In this document: in pieces, positions 7,737 through 15,828 of the stretch
Layout: the number at the start of each line of letters is the position of its first letter
How positions within the stretch are numbered: the stretch's first letter is position 1
DNA from: Thermomicrobiales bacterium
GTDB lineage: Bacteria; Chloroflexota; Chloroflexia; Thermomicrobiales; JALYUS01
DNA length: 33,322 bases
Reading direction: 5' to 3'
Assembly (NCBI GenBank): GCA_038232175.1
Contig: JBBSII010000001.1
Span: 1-33,322, forward strand
The notes under the pieces: generated by a model
The model's input: only the letters and a program-made list of their open reading frames with translations
Databases searched by the model: none
What the model was told of the DNA's origin: nothing
Position numbers and translations under genes: made by a program

Positions 7737-9052
7737 AGCAGGGCTTATGCGTTCTCCCTGATGGGGATACCGAGTAAGGCGAGTGCGGCGTGTGCATTCC
7801 CGCTGTAGAAGCGTAATCGCTCGGCAATCGTGCGCCACCCGGCGCGATGCAGCACATTGACGACGGTATCACGTAAGATCGCCATGTTGCTCGGTCCATG
7901 TCCCTTGTGGATCAAGCTGCGATCCTCGCCCAGCGTGACATCCTTGATATCGTGGAGTCCGTTTTCGATCTGCCAATGACCGCGCACCAACGTCAGCAAC
8001 CACTGCGCACCCGCGACTGCGGCAGGAAGACTGGTAATCCCGTAGCGCACCGCCTGCTTCTTTTTCCCACGCTCCCACCAGGTGCGCTCGATCATCATCA
8101 CCTGCGCTACCCCCGGCCAATCGAGATAGTCATTCAGTTCGGTCGAGGTAATCAGATGGCGCACTTCAAGGCGACCGTGCCCCTTGTCCACCGTCGTCGC
8201 TTCGCGCATGTCCCAGGCGGGCAGACTGGCGGCGAGGGCGGCATCGGCACGGGAAGCGAAGAGCGTGGCAAGCGCGCAACAGTGTCGCCTGATTCTCCTT
8301 GACAATCAGGAGATAGTCGCCACCCGCGTCCCGCACGGTGGTGCAGAAATCGGCTTGGCAATAGCGGGCATCCCCCGTCAGGACGCATCCCGTCCAGTCG
8401 AGGCGGGCAACGATCATTGGCTCGTAGGAGCGTTCGGCTTCCGCTTTCTCACCCGTGTGGTCAAGTGGCGTCTGGGCGAGGACGATGCTGAGGTCATGCA
8501 CGACCGCACTGAGCATATGCACGGGATATTCCGGCTGGTCGGCACAGGCGAGACGACCGCGCTGCGCTTTGCCATCGAAGGCGACCCCGTTGCTGCCACG
8601 CACCGGGCGCTCCGCCGCAGGCATTGGCGCGAAGCAGGCGGTAAGGGCGCGGGCGAGCGGGAGCGGATCGAGCTTGCGAAAGAGGCGTTGCATCGTTGTT
8701 TGGTGGGGCGTGACACCATCCGGGAAGCCAAGCGCGGCAAGGACGGCGGGGGATTGACGCTTGCCCCACTGGGCGATGGCGAGCACGGAGAGACGGTTCG
8801 CGAGCAAGGCGGCGAGGGGAAAGCGGCGACCATGCGGACGACGGGGATCAGGGACGCGGGCGAAGGCAGCGAGGAGATCGAGGGGCGAAAGCGGGGACAC
8901 CGACGAACCGGTTGCTTCCGGCAGGGACAACGACAGAGACTGCATCGGGCGCTCCTTTGTGATTGATCTTCGCTTCGACACGAAAATCGTCGCAAAGGAG
9001 CGCTCGTTCTTCCTCGCTCAGCATCCGACTGCGAGAACGCATCAGCCCTGCT
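7737..9052 (-). mobile_element. ISAs1-family insertion sequence (~1.3 kb) with terminal inverted repeats
   Basis: The left end agcagggcttatgcgttctc (7737-7756) matches the reverse complement of gagaacgcatcagccctgct (9033-9052) at 19 of 20 positions. It encloses an ISAs1-type transposase. No target-site duplication was seen. Confidence 0.85.
7745..8945 (-). pseudogene. ISAs1-family transposase (H-repeat-associated type), split by one frameshift near 8268-8280
   Basis: The N-terminal frame (8166..8945) ends ...GGDYLLIVKENQATLLR. The C-terminal frame (7745..8305) continues ALATLF...TVDKGHGRLEVR...GHWQIENGLHDIKDVTLGEDRS. ATG 8945 is preceded by AAGGAG. Confidence 0.85.
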
Positions 9053-9174
9053 CGGGGAACGTGGTCGCCTTGACACATCCGGCGTGTCCGTGCAGTCTGT
9101 TGCCGTCATGGTGGGGCGAATCCCGCATCACTCCTCACGGACGTGGGGTGCGGTTACAGGAAGGGCGAGTGAGA

Positions 9175-10389
9175 ATGCGACGGAAATTGACACTAACGGC
9201 GATATTCCTTGTGCTCATATCATCCGCAGGGGTGGCGACCCTTCAGGCGGCATCGACGTATGCGGATCCACAGTTCGAGACGCAGTGGAAAGCGGGCGAG
9301 GCGATCACGCCGAACTTCTGGGGACCGCTCAGCACCGCGAAGGACAAGCAGACGGAAGATTACAAAGAAGCCACTGGTGGCAAGCGCACCGTCCAGTATT
9401 TCGACAAGGGGCGGATGGAACTGACCAACGGCAAGGTGACGAATGGCCTGCTCGCCACCGAGATCGTTAAGGGGCAGATCCAGACGGGTGACAGCACATT
9501 CCAGGGGCAAGCGCCGCCCGCCATCCCGATCGCGGGCGACCCCGACAACACCGGCCCGACCTACGCGACGCTTGCCACCAAGGCGGTCACTCTCCTCGCG
9601 GTGGCACAGTCGAAGACCGGCAGTAATGTGACGGCGACGGTCTCCGCAACGGGCGACGTGACGACCCCAACCACGGCGGCGCAGTCGCCGGAGACGACGA
9701 TCGGCGCGTTCGACGACACGACGAAGCACAACGTCCCGAAGACCTTCGCGGACTACCGGACCAAGGCGGGGTTGCAGACGATCGGCTATGCGATCTCCGA
9801 GCCGTTCCGCGCCTCCGTCAAGGTCGGTGGGAAGCAGAATGACGTAATGATCCAGGTCTTCGAGCGGCGCGTGCTCACATACACCGCGAGCAACCCGGAC
9901 GCCTTTAAGGTGGAGATGGGGAACATCGGCCAGCACTACTACCAGTGGCGCTACACTACGGTGAAGCCGACGACGCCCGCGACCACGGTTGCGCCGTCGC
10001 CATCGGCGAGTGCCGCCGCCCCCACCTCAACATCAACATCCGGTGTGGCTGGGTCTAAGAATGTGCCGACCGTGGTGGCCCCAAGCGCTTCGCAGGGCTT
10101 CGATGTCAAGCTGTCGAACCTCGTCGGCACGGTGAAAGTCGGCGACATCCAGACGGTGGATGTGCTGACCAACGGCAAGGTGGGCTGTGCTATCGATGTC
10201 ACGTACATCGGCAACATCCCAATCAAGCCGTCGCTCCGGCCAGGGCAAACGGACGAGCAAGGCAAATACAACTGGTCATGGACCATCGGATCGGAAGCGA
10301 AGCCCGGCAATGCGACGGTCATTGTCCAATGCGCTGCTTTCAACGGTCCGTCCGGTTCGGCGACCGCCTCGTTCAACGTATCGGGGTAA
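9175..10389 (+). CDS. Secreted protein of unknown function (signal peptide, N-terminal domain, Thr/Pro/Ala/Ser linker, C-terminal beta-rich domain)
   Basis: MRRKLTLTAIFLVLISSAGVATLQAAS is a signal peptide. There is a long low-complexity linker near 9955-10090. The ORF-track extension back to 8761 overlaps the IS and is rejected. Confidence 0.75.
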   Translation: MRRKLTLTAIFLVLISSAGVATLQAASTYADPQFETQWKAGEAITPNFWGPLSTAKDKQTEDYKEATGGKRTVQYFDKGRMELTNGKVTNGLLATEIVKGQIQTGDSTFQGQAPPAIPIAGDPDNTGPTYATLATKAVTLLAVAQSKTGSNVTATVSATGDVTTPTTAAQSPETTIGAFDDTTKHNVPKTFADYRTKAGLQTIGYAISEPFRASVKVGGKQNDVMIQVFERRVLTYTASNPDAFKVEMGNIGQHYYQWRYTTVKPTTPATTVAPSPSASAAAPTSTSTSGVAGSKNVPTVVAPSASQGFDVKLSNLVGTVKVGDIQTVDVLTNGKVGCAIDVTYIGNIPIKPSLRPGQTDEQGKYNWSWTIGSEAKPGNATVIVQCAAFNGPSGSATASFNVSG

Positions 10390-10394
10390 GGGAA

Positions 10395-10453
10395 CCTCAC
10401 CCCCTGCCCCCTCTCACCTGCCCAGAGGGCGCCCGCGATGGAGAGGGGGGGTG
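10395..10453. repeat. REP-like palindrome (GCGATGGAGAGGGG subfamily) between convergent genes
   Basis: The sequence is cctcaccccctgccccctctc...gcgatggagagggggggtg, with stem ccccctctc/gagaggggg. Confidence 0.75.
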
Positions 10454-10468
10454 TCGTGCTGCTTTGGG

Positions 10469-11286
10469 TCATTTCTTGACTGCAACGACCTCCAGATACT
10501 CGCTCGGGACGGCGAGCGTCGCGTCGTCCGAGCGATTGAAATGCAGCAGGAGGTTCGCGATGTCGGCGGCGAGGGCATCCTTGGCCGCCGCATCCTGCCC
10601 ATCGAAGGCTTTCGTGATCGGCCCGTAGTGCGCGCGGAAGTACGCCACCCAGTCGTTCGTCGAACGGGAATGGAAGACATAATTGCGGCGGGTCACGGTC
10701 AACGTGCTGACGTGATCGCCGAAGAGTTCGCGCAACCGCTCCTCCGTGCCCCACAGCGCGGGGGCTTTAGACCGGGCGGCGGCGGGACATATTTCCCGAT
10801 CGTGCGGAACAACTGGCCGATGAAGCCATCAGGCGTCCAGTTCGCCATGCCGATCTTCCCACCCGTGCGGACGACGCGCACCATCTCGCTTGCCGTCCGC
10901 TCCTGATCCGGGGCGAACATCGCGCCGACGACCGAGACCACTGCGTCGAACGACCCATCCGCGAAGGGGAGGTTCTCGACGTCCGCTTCCTGGAAGGCGA
11001 TGTCCAGATGCTCGGCGGCGGCGCGCTGCTTGCCCCCTTCGAGGAGGGCGGGGACGTAATCGGTGCTGGTGGCGGCGCAGAAGCGGCGGGCGGCGGCGAG
11101 CGCGGCATTGCCGTTGCCGCTCGCCACGTCGAGGACGCGCTGCCCGGCGCGCAGATCCATCGCCTCGCACAACTGCTCCGCCATAATAACGAGCGTGACG
11201 CCGACCATCTCGTAGTCGCCCGTCGCCCATGCCTGCTGCTGCCGTCCTTTAATCGCGATCAGGTCAGGTACTGCTTGTGTAACCAT
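10469..11286 (-). pseudogene. Class I SAM-dependent methyltransferase with a 1-nt frameshift near 10755-10770
   Basis: Frame 1 reads ...VLDVASGNGNAAL...FDAVVSVVGAMF...IGKYVPPPPGLKPP. The other frame continues (A)LWGTEERLRELFGDHVSTLTVTRRNYVF.... The shift falls in a run of five C (minus strand). Confidence 0.8.
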
Positions 11287-11364
11287 TCGTGTGCTCTCTT
11301 TCATGGACAAGGGGCAAAATGGCAACCTCCCCACTTCGCCCCTGGCTTCTTGTCTCGGTGCGGT

Positions 11365-11589
11365 CTAGGCCGGGACGCCTGCCGCAAGCGCCTTGACGTC
11401 GGCGGTGGTCAGCGCCTGCCCGCCGATGCCCCAATCGCCGCTCTGTACTTCCTCGACGACGACCCAGGTCACCCCGCGCATATTCTCGCCCTCGATCTCG
11501 ACCATCGTGTCGGTCAGTCTGGTGATAATTTCGCGCTTCTGCTCCGCGGAGAAGACACCTTCGATCAGTTTGACGTTGACGAGTGGCAT
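11365..11589 (-). CDS. 4-oxalocrotonate tautomerase family protein
   Basis: 74 aa. MPLVNVKLIEGVFSAEQKREII has the N-terminal Pro1 and the typical tautomerase fold pattern. Confidence 0.85.
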   Translation of the reverse strand: MPLVNVKLIEGVFSAEQKREIITRLTDTMVEIEGENMRGVTWVVVEEVQSGDWGIGGQALTTADVKALAAGVPA

Positions 11590-11811
11590 GTGTTCGCTCC
11601 TTCATGTAATTTGTGTCGATCGTCGCATCCCATCAGCGCGCTGCAGCCGCCTCGGGGCATCCCGCCCGGTCCGGGTCTGGGGACAGTGTGGCACGAACGC
11701 CATAGCGCGCCCTCGTCAGAATTACTGAAGTGGAGCCCGTGGGGATACGTAGTTTTCTCGCGATGGCTATCTGATGGCGTGCCGCCGCGCGCGACCGGCG
11801 CACTGCTGCGG

Positions 11812-12969
11812 CTACTCCGCCGAGGTCAGCCCGTGTGCCACCGCCCAGGTGGCGATCTGGGCGCGGGAAGTGAGGGCGAGTTTGCCGAGGATATTGCTGA
11901 TGTGGGTGGCGACCGTCCGCTCGCTGAGGAAGAGCGCTTCCGCGATGGCGCGGTTCGATTTCCCCCGCGCGACCTGTGCCGCCACGTCCCGCTCGCGCGC
12001 CGTCAGGCCGCCGTACTTCGCCGTCTCGGATTGGCGCGGCGTGGGTGTGCGTTCCTTCGGCAGCGTGTTGAGCGCAGCGGCACGGAACTGCTCGCGGAGC
12101 GCCGGATCATCAACCGTCCCCGCGAGCGCGATGATAACCGCGCGGGCGGCGACAAATTCGCGGCTGGCTGCTTCCTCCATTTTGCATTGGTGGTAGGTGT
12201 GACCAAGCGCGCGGTGTACCTGCCAGAGGAGCGGCTGCACGCCCTGCGCGGCGGCGGCACGCTGCGCGCTTTCGAGGATGGATATGGCTTCATCGAGGCG
12301 ATGCAGCGCGGTCAGCGCCTCGCCGCGCAGTTTGTCGAGCCACGGGATTGCCTGCGGATTGGGTATGCCGGGTGCGGAAGCGATCAAAGTGTCCGCGATC
12401 GCCAGCGCGGCGGCAGGGTCGCCCTTCGCGAGCAGCGTCTCAGCCCATGCCCATGCCATCCGGCGTTCCGGCGAGTTGCGCGGCGCATGGTCGCGTGGCA
12501 TCGTCGCCGTTAGCAGGGCTTCCGCCCCCTGCGGGTCACGGCGGAGCAGGTACGCCTGTGCGAGATAGCCGGTGATATTGCCGATCCACCACGCCGAGCC
12601 GAGCTCCCGTATCAGCGACAGAACCGCCTCCAGATGCGTGACGGCCGGGTCCGGCGCGCGCATCGAGACATAGGTCAGTCCGAGCGCCCAATGTGCGGCG
12701 GCAATCCACTGCTGATGGTCGATCTCCATCGCGATCCGCACCGCCTCGTGACCGTGTGCAAGCGCCGCACCGAAACTGCCATGCGTCGCATGTACCGCAG
12801 CGGCGCACCATTCCGCGTACGCCTGCCCCGCGGACCAACCGATCTTTCGCGCAAGCGCCGGCGCCTCCGCCGTATCGCGCGCGCCCTCCTCCATCGTACC
12901 CCGCGCGCCCGGTGTCGTTTCGGTGAAGACGGGGCTGGCATAGACGGCGCGGCTCGCGAGTACCGCCAC
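11812..12969 (-). CDS. LuxR-family regulator (TPR-like region plus C-terminal HTH), probably a truncated remnant of a large ATPase-LuxR (LAL/MalT-like) regulator
   Basis: C-terminal LTARERDVAAQVARGKSNRAIAEALFLSERTVATHISNILGKL. An upstream out-of-frame piece (to about 13060) encodes PILIGRTAALQSLRDLLV, typical of LAL N-termini. No P-loop domain lies between them. Confidence 0.7.
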   Translation of the reverse strand: MAVLASRAVYASPVFTETTPGARGTMEEGARDTAEAPALARKIGWSAGQAYAEWCAAAVHATHGSFGAALAHGHEAVRIAMEIDHQQWIAAAHWALGLTYVSMRAPDPAVTHLEAVLSLIRELGSAWWIGNITGYLAQAYLLRRDPQGAEALLTATMPRDHAPRNSPERRMAWAWAETLLAKGDPAAALAIADTLIASAPGIPNPQAIPWLDKLRGEALTALHRLDEAISILESAQRAAAAQGVQPLLWQVHRALGHTYHQCKMEEAASREFVAARAVIIALAGTVDDPALREQFRAAALNTLPKERTPTPRQSETAKYGGLTARERDVAAQVARGKSNRAIAEALFLSERTVATHISNILGKLALTSRAQIATWAVAHGLTSAE

Positions 12970-13077
12970 GCACCGGCACGAGCAGATCGCGCAACGACTG
13001 GAGCGCCGCCGTGCGGCCGATCAGGATCGGGCAGATGAGCGTTGGATCGCGGGAGATCGTCACAATCGCCGCTCCAT

Positions 13078-13226
13078 GAGAGTAGATAGTAGACAGCACG
13101 ATGAATCGCGATCTGAATGCAGATCAATATCTGCTCACCATACTACATAACGCCCGCGCCTCTTCCCCGGTTTCTCTCGAAGTACGCTACAATCGCCTCC
13201 TTGTGACTTCTGTCTACTCTCTACTC
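13078..13226. repeat. Foldback element E: AGTAGAT/AGTAGAC heptamers (13078-13096) and the inverted copy (13210-13226) around a 113 nt core
   Basis: The arm gagagtagatagtagacag pairs with ctgtctactctctactc, 16 of 17 complementary. The element lies in the divergent region between the LuxR remnant and the DapA-like gene. Confidence 0.8.
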
Positions 13227-13243
13227 ACCGCGGAGGAGCGAAG

Positions 13244-14159
13244 ATGCGCGGCACCTGGTACATCGTCCCGACGGCGTTCGGGGCGGACGGTTCGCTTGAT
13301 CTGGCGAGCCAGCGGCGGCTAATCGACGCCGCGATCACCTGGGGCGTCGATGGCCTGACGGTGCTCGGCGTGATGGGTGAGGCAAACGCGCTCTCCGACG
13401 ACGAGCGGCGCGCGGTGCTCGATGCCGTGCGGGAGGCTGCGGATGGGCGGGTGCCGATTGCTGTCGGCTGCACGGCGAGCAGCGCGCGGCGTCATCGCAC
13501 TCGCGCAGGAGGCGCGCGAGCGGGGCGCGTCGGCGGTGATGGTCTCCCCACCGACGCTGATGACGAACATCGACCTGCTGCCCGATTTTTACGCGCGCAT
13601 CGCCCGCGAAGGCGGCCTGCCGCTCATCATCCAGGACCACCCCGCCTCCAGCGGCGTAATGATGCCCGCGAGCGTCATCCTGCGCGCCGCCGAGGTGAGC
13701 GGCGCGACCGTCATTAAGCTCGAAGACCCGCCGACGCCCCCGAAGATCACGCGGTTACTCGCCGCGCGGCCCGATTTGCAGGTCTTCGGCGGGTTGGGCG
13801 GCGTTTCCGCGCTCGGTGAGATGAGTCGGGGCGGCTGCGGCACGATGACGGGCTTCGCCTTCCCCGAGGTCCTCCGCGCCGTCCGCGTCGCCATCGAGGC
13901 GGGCGACCGCCGCATCGCAGCGCTGATCTTTGACCGCTACCTGCCGCTGATCCAATTCGAGGGGCAGCCCGTCGTCGGCCTCGCGATCCGCAAGGAAATT
14001 CTGCGGCGACGTGGCGCCATCGCGAGCAATGTGACGCGCGGCTTCTCCCCCAGCATCGACGCAATCACCAATGCGGAACTGGACGACCTCCTCGACCGCC
14101 TCGGCATCGCGCCGTCCATCGAACCCTTCATCGTCGCCCAGCCCGCCGCCGTGGGGTAG
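13244..14159 (+). pseudogene. Dihydrodipicolinate synthase/N-acetylneuraminate lyase family (DapA-like) gene with a frameshift near 13481-13490
   Basis: Frame 1 reads MRGTWYIVPTAF..GVDGLTVLGVMGEANALSDDER...VPIAVGCTASSA. Frame 2 continues (A)RGVIALAQEARERGASAVMVSPP...VIKLEDP.... GGAGG lies 7 nt before ATG 13244. The shift lies in gcgcgcggc. Confidence 0.8.
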
Positions 14160-14167
14160 AAACCGGG

Positions 14168-14302
14168 GAGAACCGCAAAGACGCAAAGAACACAGAGCGC
14201 GCAGAGTTCACAGAGTCCACAGAGTAATTCTCTTTTTTCCTCTGTGCACTCCGTGTGCTCCGTGTCCTCTGTGGTAAATCCCTCCTGGCATCTCTGCGGT
14301 TC
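14168..14302. repeat. Foldback element B: long imperfect hairpin made of tandem 8-9 nt units (..CACAGAG / ..CGCAAAG) and their complements
   Basis: The left arm is gagaaccgcaaagacgcaaagaacacagagcgcgcagagttcacagagtccacagag and the loop is taattctctttttt. The right arm is cctctgtgcactccgtgtgctccgtgtcctctgtgg...tctctgcggttc. Confidence 0.8.
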
Positions 14303-14373
14303 ATTTGGTTAGACAAACGGAGGCCGCGATGACGGACGGGTTGAGCAGGAGCGGGAGTAGGCGAAATTCTGAA

Positions 14374-14454
14374 CCCTTCCCCTCCCCTCTCCATCGCCGA
14401 ACGAAACTGATAGAGGCCATAATCTTTGGGCGATGGAGAGGGGAGGGGGTGAGG
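14374..14454. repeat. REP-like palindrome (CTCCATCGCC ... GGCGATGGAG subfamily)
   Basis: A 19-bp perfect stem ccctcccctctccatcgcc / ggcgatggagaggggaggg encloses a ~30 nt loop and ends in gggggtgagg. Confidence 0.85.
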
Positions 14455-14467
14455 ACGTATCCCTCCC

Positions 14468-15277
14468 TCAGTCCAGCAAGTCGAAGTCGAGCCGGTAACG
14501 GTCGGCGTTGAAGACGCCCGCCGCCTTCGCGCCGTCCACCGCCAACCCGACGCCGCTCACGAAACTGGCCTCATCCGACGCGAGGAAGAGCGCGGCGTTC
14601 GCCACCTCCTCCGGCGCGGCCATCCGCGGTGTCGGGCAGGCCGCGACCAGGCGGCGGATGTACTCCTCGCGGTCGGCGTCCGCCGGTAGCCCCTGCCAGA
14701 TCATCGGCGTGTCAATTGGGCCGGGGCAGACGGCGTTCACGCGCACGCGCTTATCGGCGTAGGCGAGGGCGAGCGACTTCGTCAGCCCCATCACGCCGTG
14801 CTTCGTGGCGACGTAGAGCGGGTCGGCGGGCCGCCCGATCAGGCCACCGTTGGAGGACATGTTGACGATTGCGCCGCCTGTCGGGTTGTTCAGGAAATGG
14901 GGCAGCGCATACTTGCACCCCAAGAAGACACCCTTGAGATTGACGCCGACGACGCGGTCGAAGTCCTCCTCGTCGCGGTCGATGATCGAACCGCCCATGC
15001 CGATGCCCGCGTTGTTGAAGATGATGTCGAGTCTCCCGTACCGCTCGACCGCGCCATCCACGAGTCGCCGCACGTCCGCTCCCACCGAAACGTCGGTCCG
15101 CATCGACTCCGCCGCGCCACCGTCCCGCACGATTCCCGCCGCCACCTGTCGTACGCCCGCCTCGTCCACATCGCCGAGCATGAGCCGCGCGCCCTCCCGC
15201 GCGAAGACCTGCGCCGTCGCGCGCCCAATCCCCGACGCCGCGCCCGTGATCACCGCCACCTTACCCTCAAGTCGCAT
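14468..15277 (-). CDS. Short-chain dehydrogenase/reductase (FabG-like SDR)
   Basis: Motifs: TGAASGIGRA (TGxxxGxG), NNAGI, YVATKHG (YxxxK), PGPIDTP. Confidence 0.9.
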   Translation of the reverse strand: MRLEGKVAVITGAASGIGRATAQVFAREGARLMLGDVDEAGVRQVAAGIVRDGGAAESMRTDVSVGADVRRLVDGAVERYGRLDIIFNNAGIGMGGSIIDRDEEDFDRVVGVNLKGVFLGCKYALPHFLNNPTGGAIVNMSSNGGLIGRPADPLYVATKHGVMGLTKSLALAYADKRVRVNAVCPGPIDTPMIWQGLPADADREEYIRRLVAACPTPRMAAPEEVANAALFLASDEASFVSGVGLAVDGAKAAGVFNADRYRLDFDLLD

Positions 15278-15367
15278 CTGGTCATCCCCTCATGTACGAT
15301 GCACGCAAAGCCCGCCCCAATGACGGCGCTGAGGTGCTATCGTACACCGGATGCGCCGGTTCTGTTG

Positions 15368-15582
15368 TCAGCGCATCTTGACCATCGCGGGAGTGACGAA
15401 GGGCAAGCTGACCGCGCCATTCAGTGGTTGCCACGCCGCGACCATGGCGGGGTTCGCCGCGTCGCCTTCCCGCGTTTCCAGTTCGTCGCCGAGGGTGCGG
15501 CCGAGGGAGATGGCGCGGTCGGTCGTTGAATCGACGAGGGCGCGGAGGGTGGCGACAGCGCGCACATGCTCGCCACGGACGA
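15368..15582 (-). pseudogene. Displaced 3'-end fragment of a C69 peptidase gene (diverged copy of 15829-16044)
   Basis: The fragment translates to RAVATLRALVDSTTDRAISLGRTLGDEL...PAMVAAWQPLN. The intact gene end reads RAVATLRALVDSTTDRAISLARTLSDEL...PAMVEAWRPLN. The first 20 aa are identical and about 40 of 64 aligned residues match. Confidence 0.8.
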
Positions 15583-15615
15583 ACCAATACTTTCACGAAC
15601 AATGAAAAGAAGGGA

Positions 15616-15801
15616 CTATTCGGGGACTTTGTGGCGATCGCGACCGATGACGCCTTTCGCGATGAGTACCTTCTCACGCGCGTCGTCCTCATACATGCCA
15701 TACGTTTGCACGAGATACGCGATTCCTTCGTTGATCGAGAGACTGGCAAGACGCACCCCAGCGATAGCCTCCGTTTTGTTCAATAGTGTGTATCGCTTCA
15801 A
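15616..15801 (-). CDS. Hypothetical 61-aa protein inside a ~50% GC insert
   Basis: ORF-track entry with a TTG start and no clear RBS. No family recognised. It lies between the two copies of the peptidase 3' end. Confidence 0.3.
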   Translation of the reverse strand: MKRYTLLNKTEAIAGVRLASLSINEGIAYLVQTYGMYEDDAREKVLIAKGVIGRDRHKVPE

Positions 15802-15828
15802 ATTTTATCGTCCGATCTTCAGTGTTCG

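Noticed and set aside
8260-8290. Programmed ribosomal frameshift in the ISAs1 transposase.
   Set aside because: I see no slippery heptamer or downstream structure, and I know of no programmed frameshifting in this IS family. I treat it as a mutation or assembly error pending comparison with other copies.
7727-9062. Target-site duplication flanking the IS.
   Set aside because: The flanking sequences (ccgtgccagact / cggggaacgtgg) share no direct repeat.
9070-9098. TTGACA-17-CAGTCT as a promoter for the secreted-protein gene just outside the IS end.
   Set aside because: The -10 element matches only 3/6 positions, which is too weak to report as a feature.
8761-9174. Upstream extension of the secreted-protein ORF into the IS element.
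   Set aside because: It overlaps the IS transposase start and the terminal repeat. A canonical signal peptide begins at ATG 9175.
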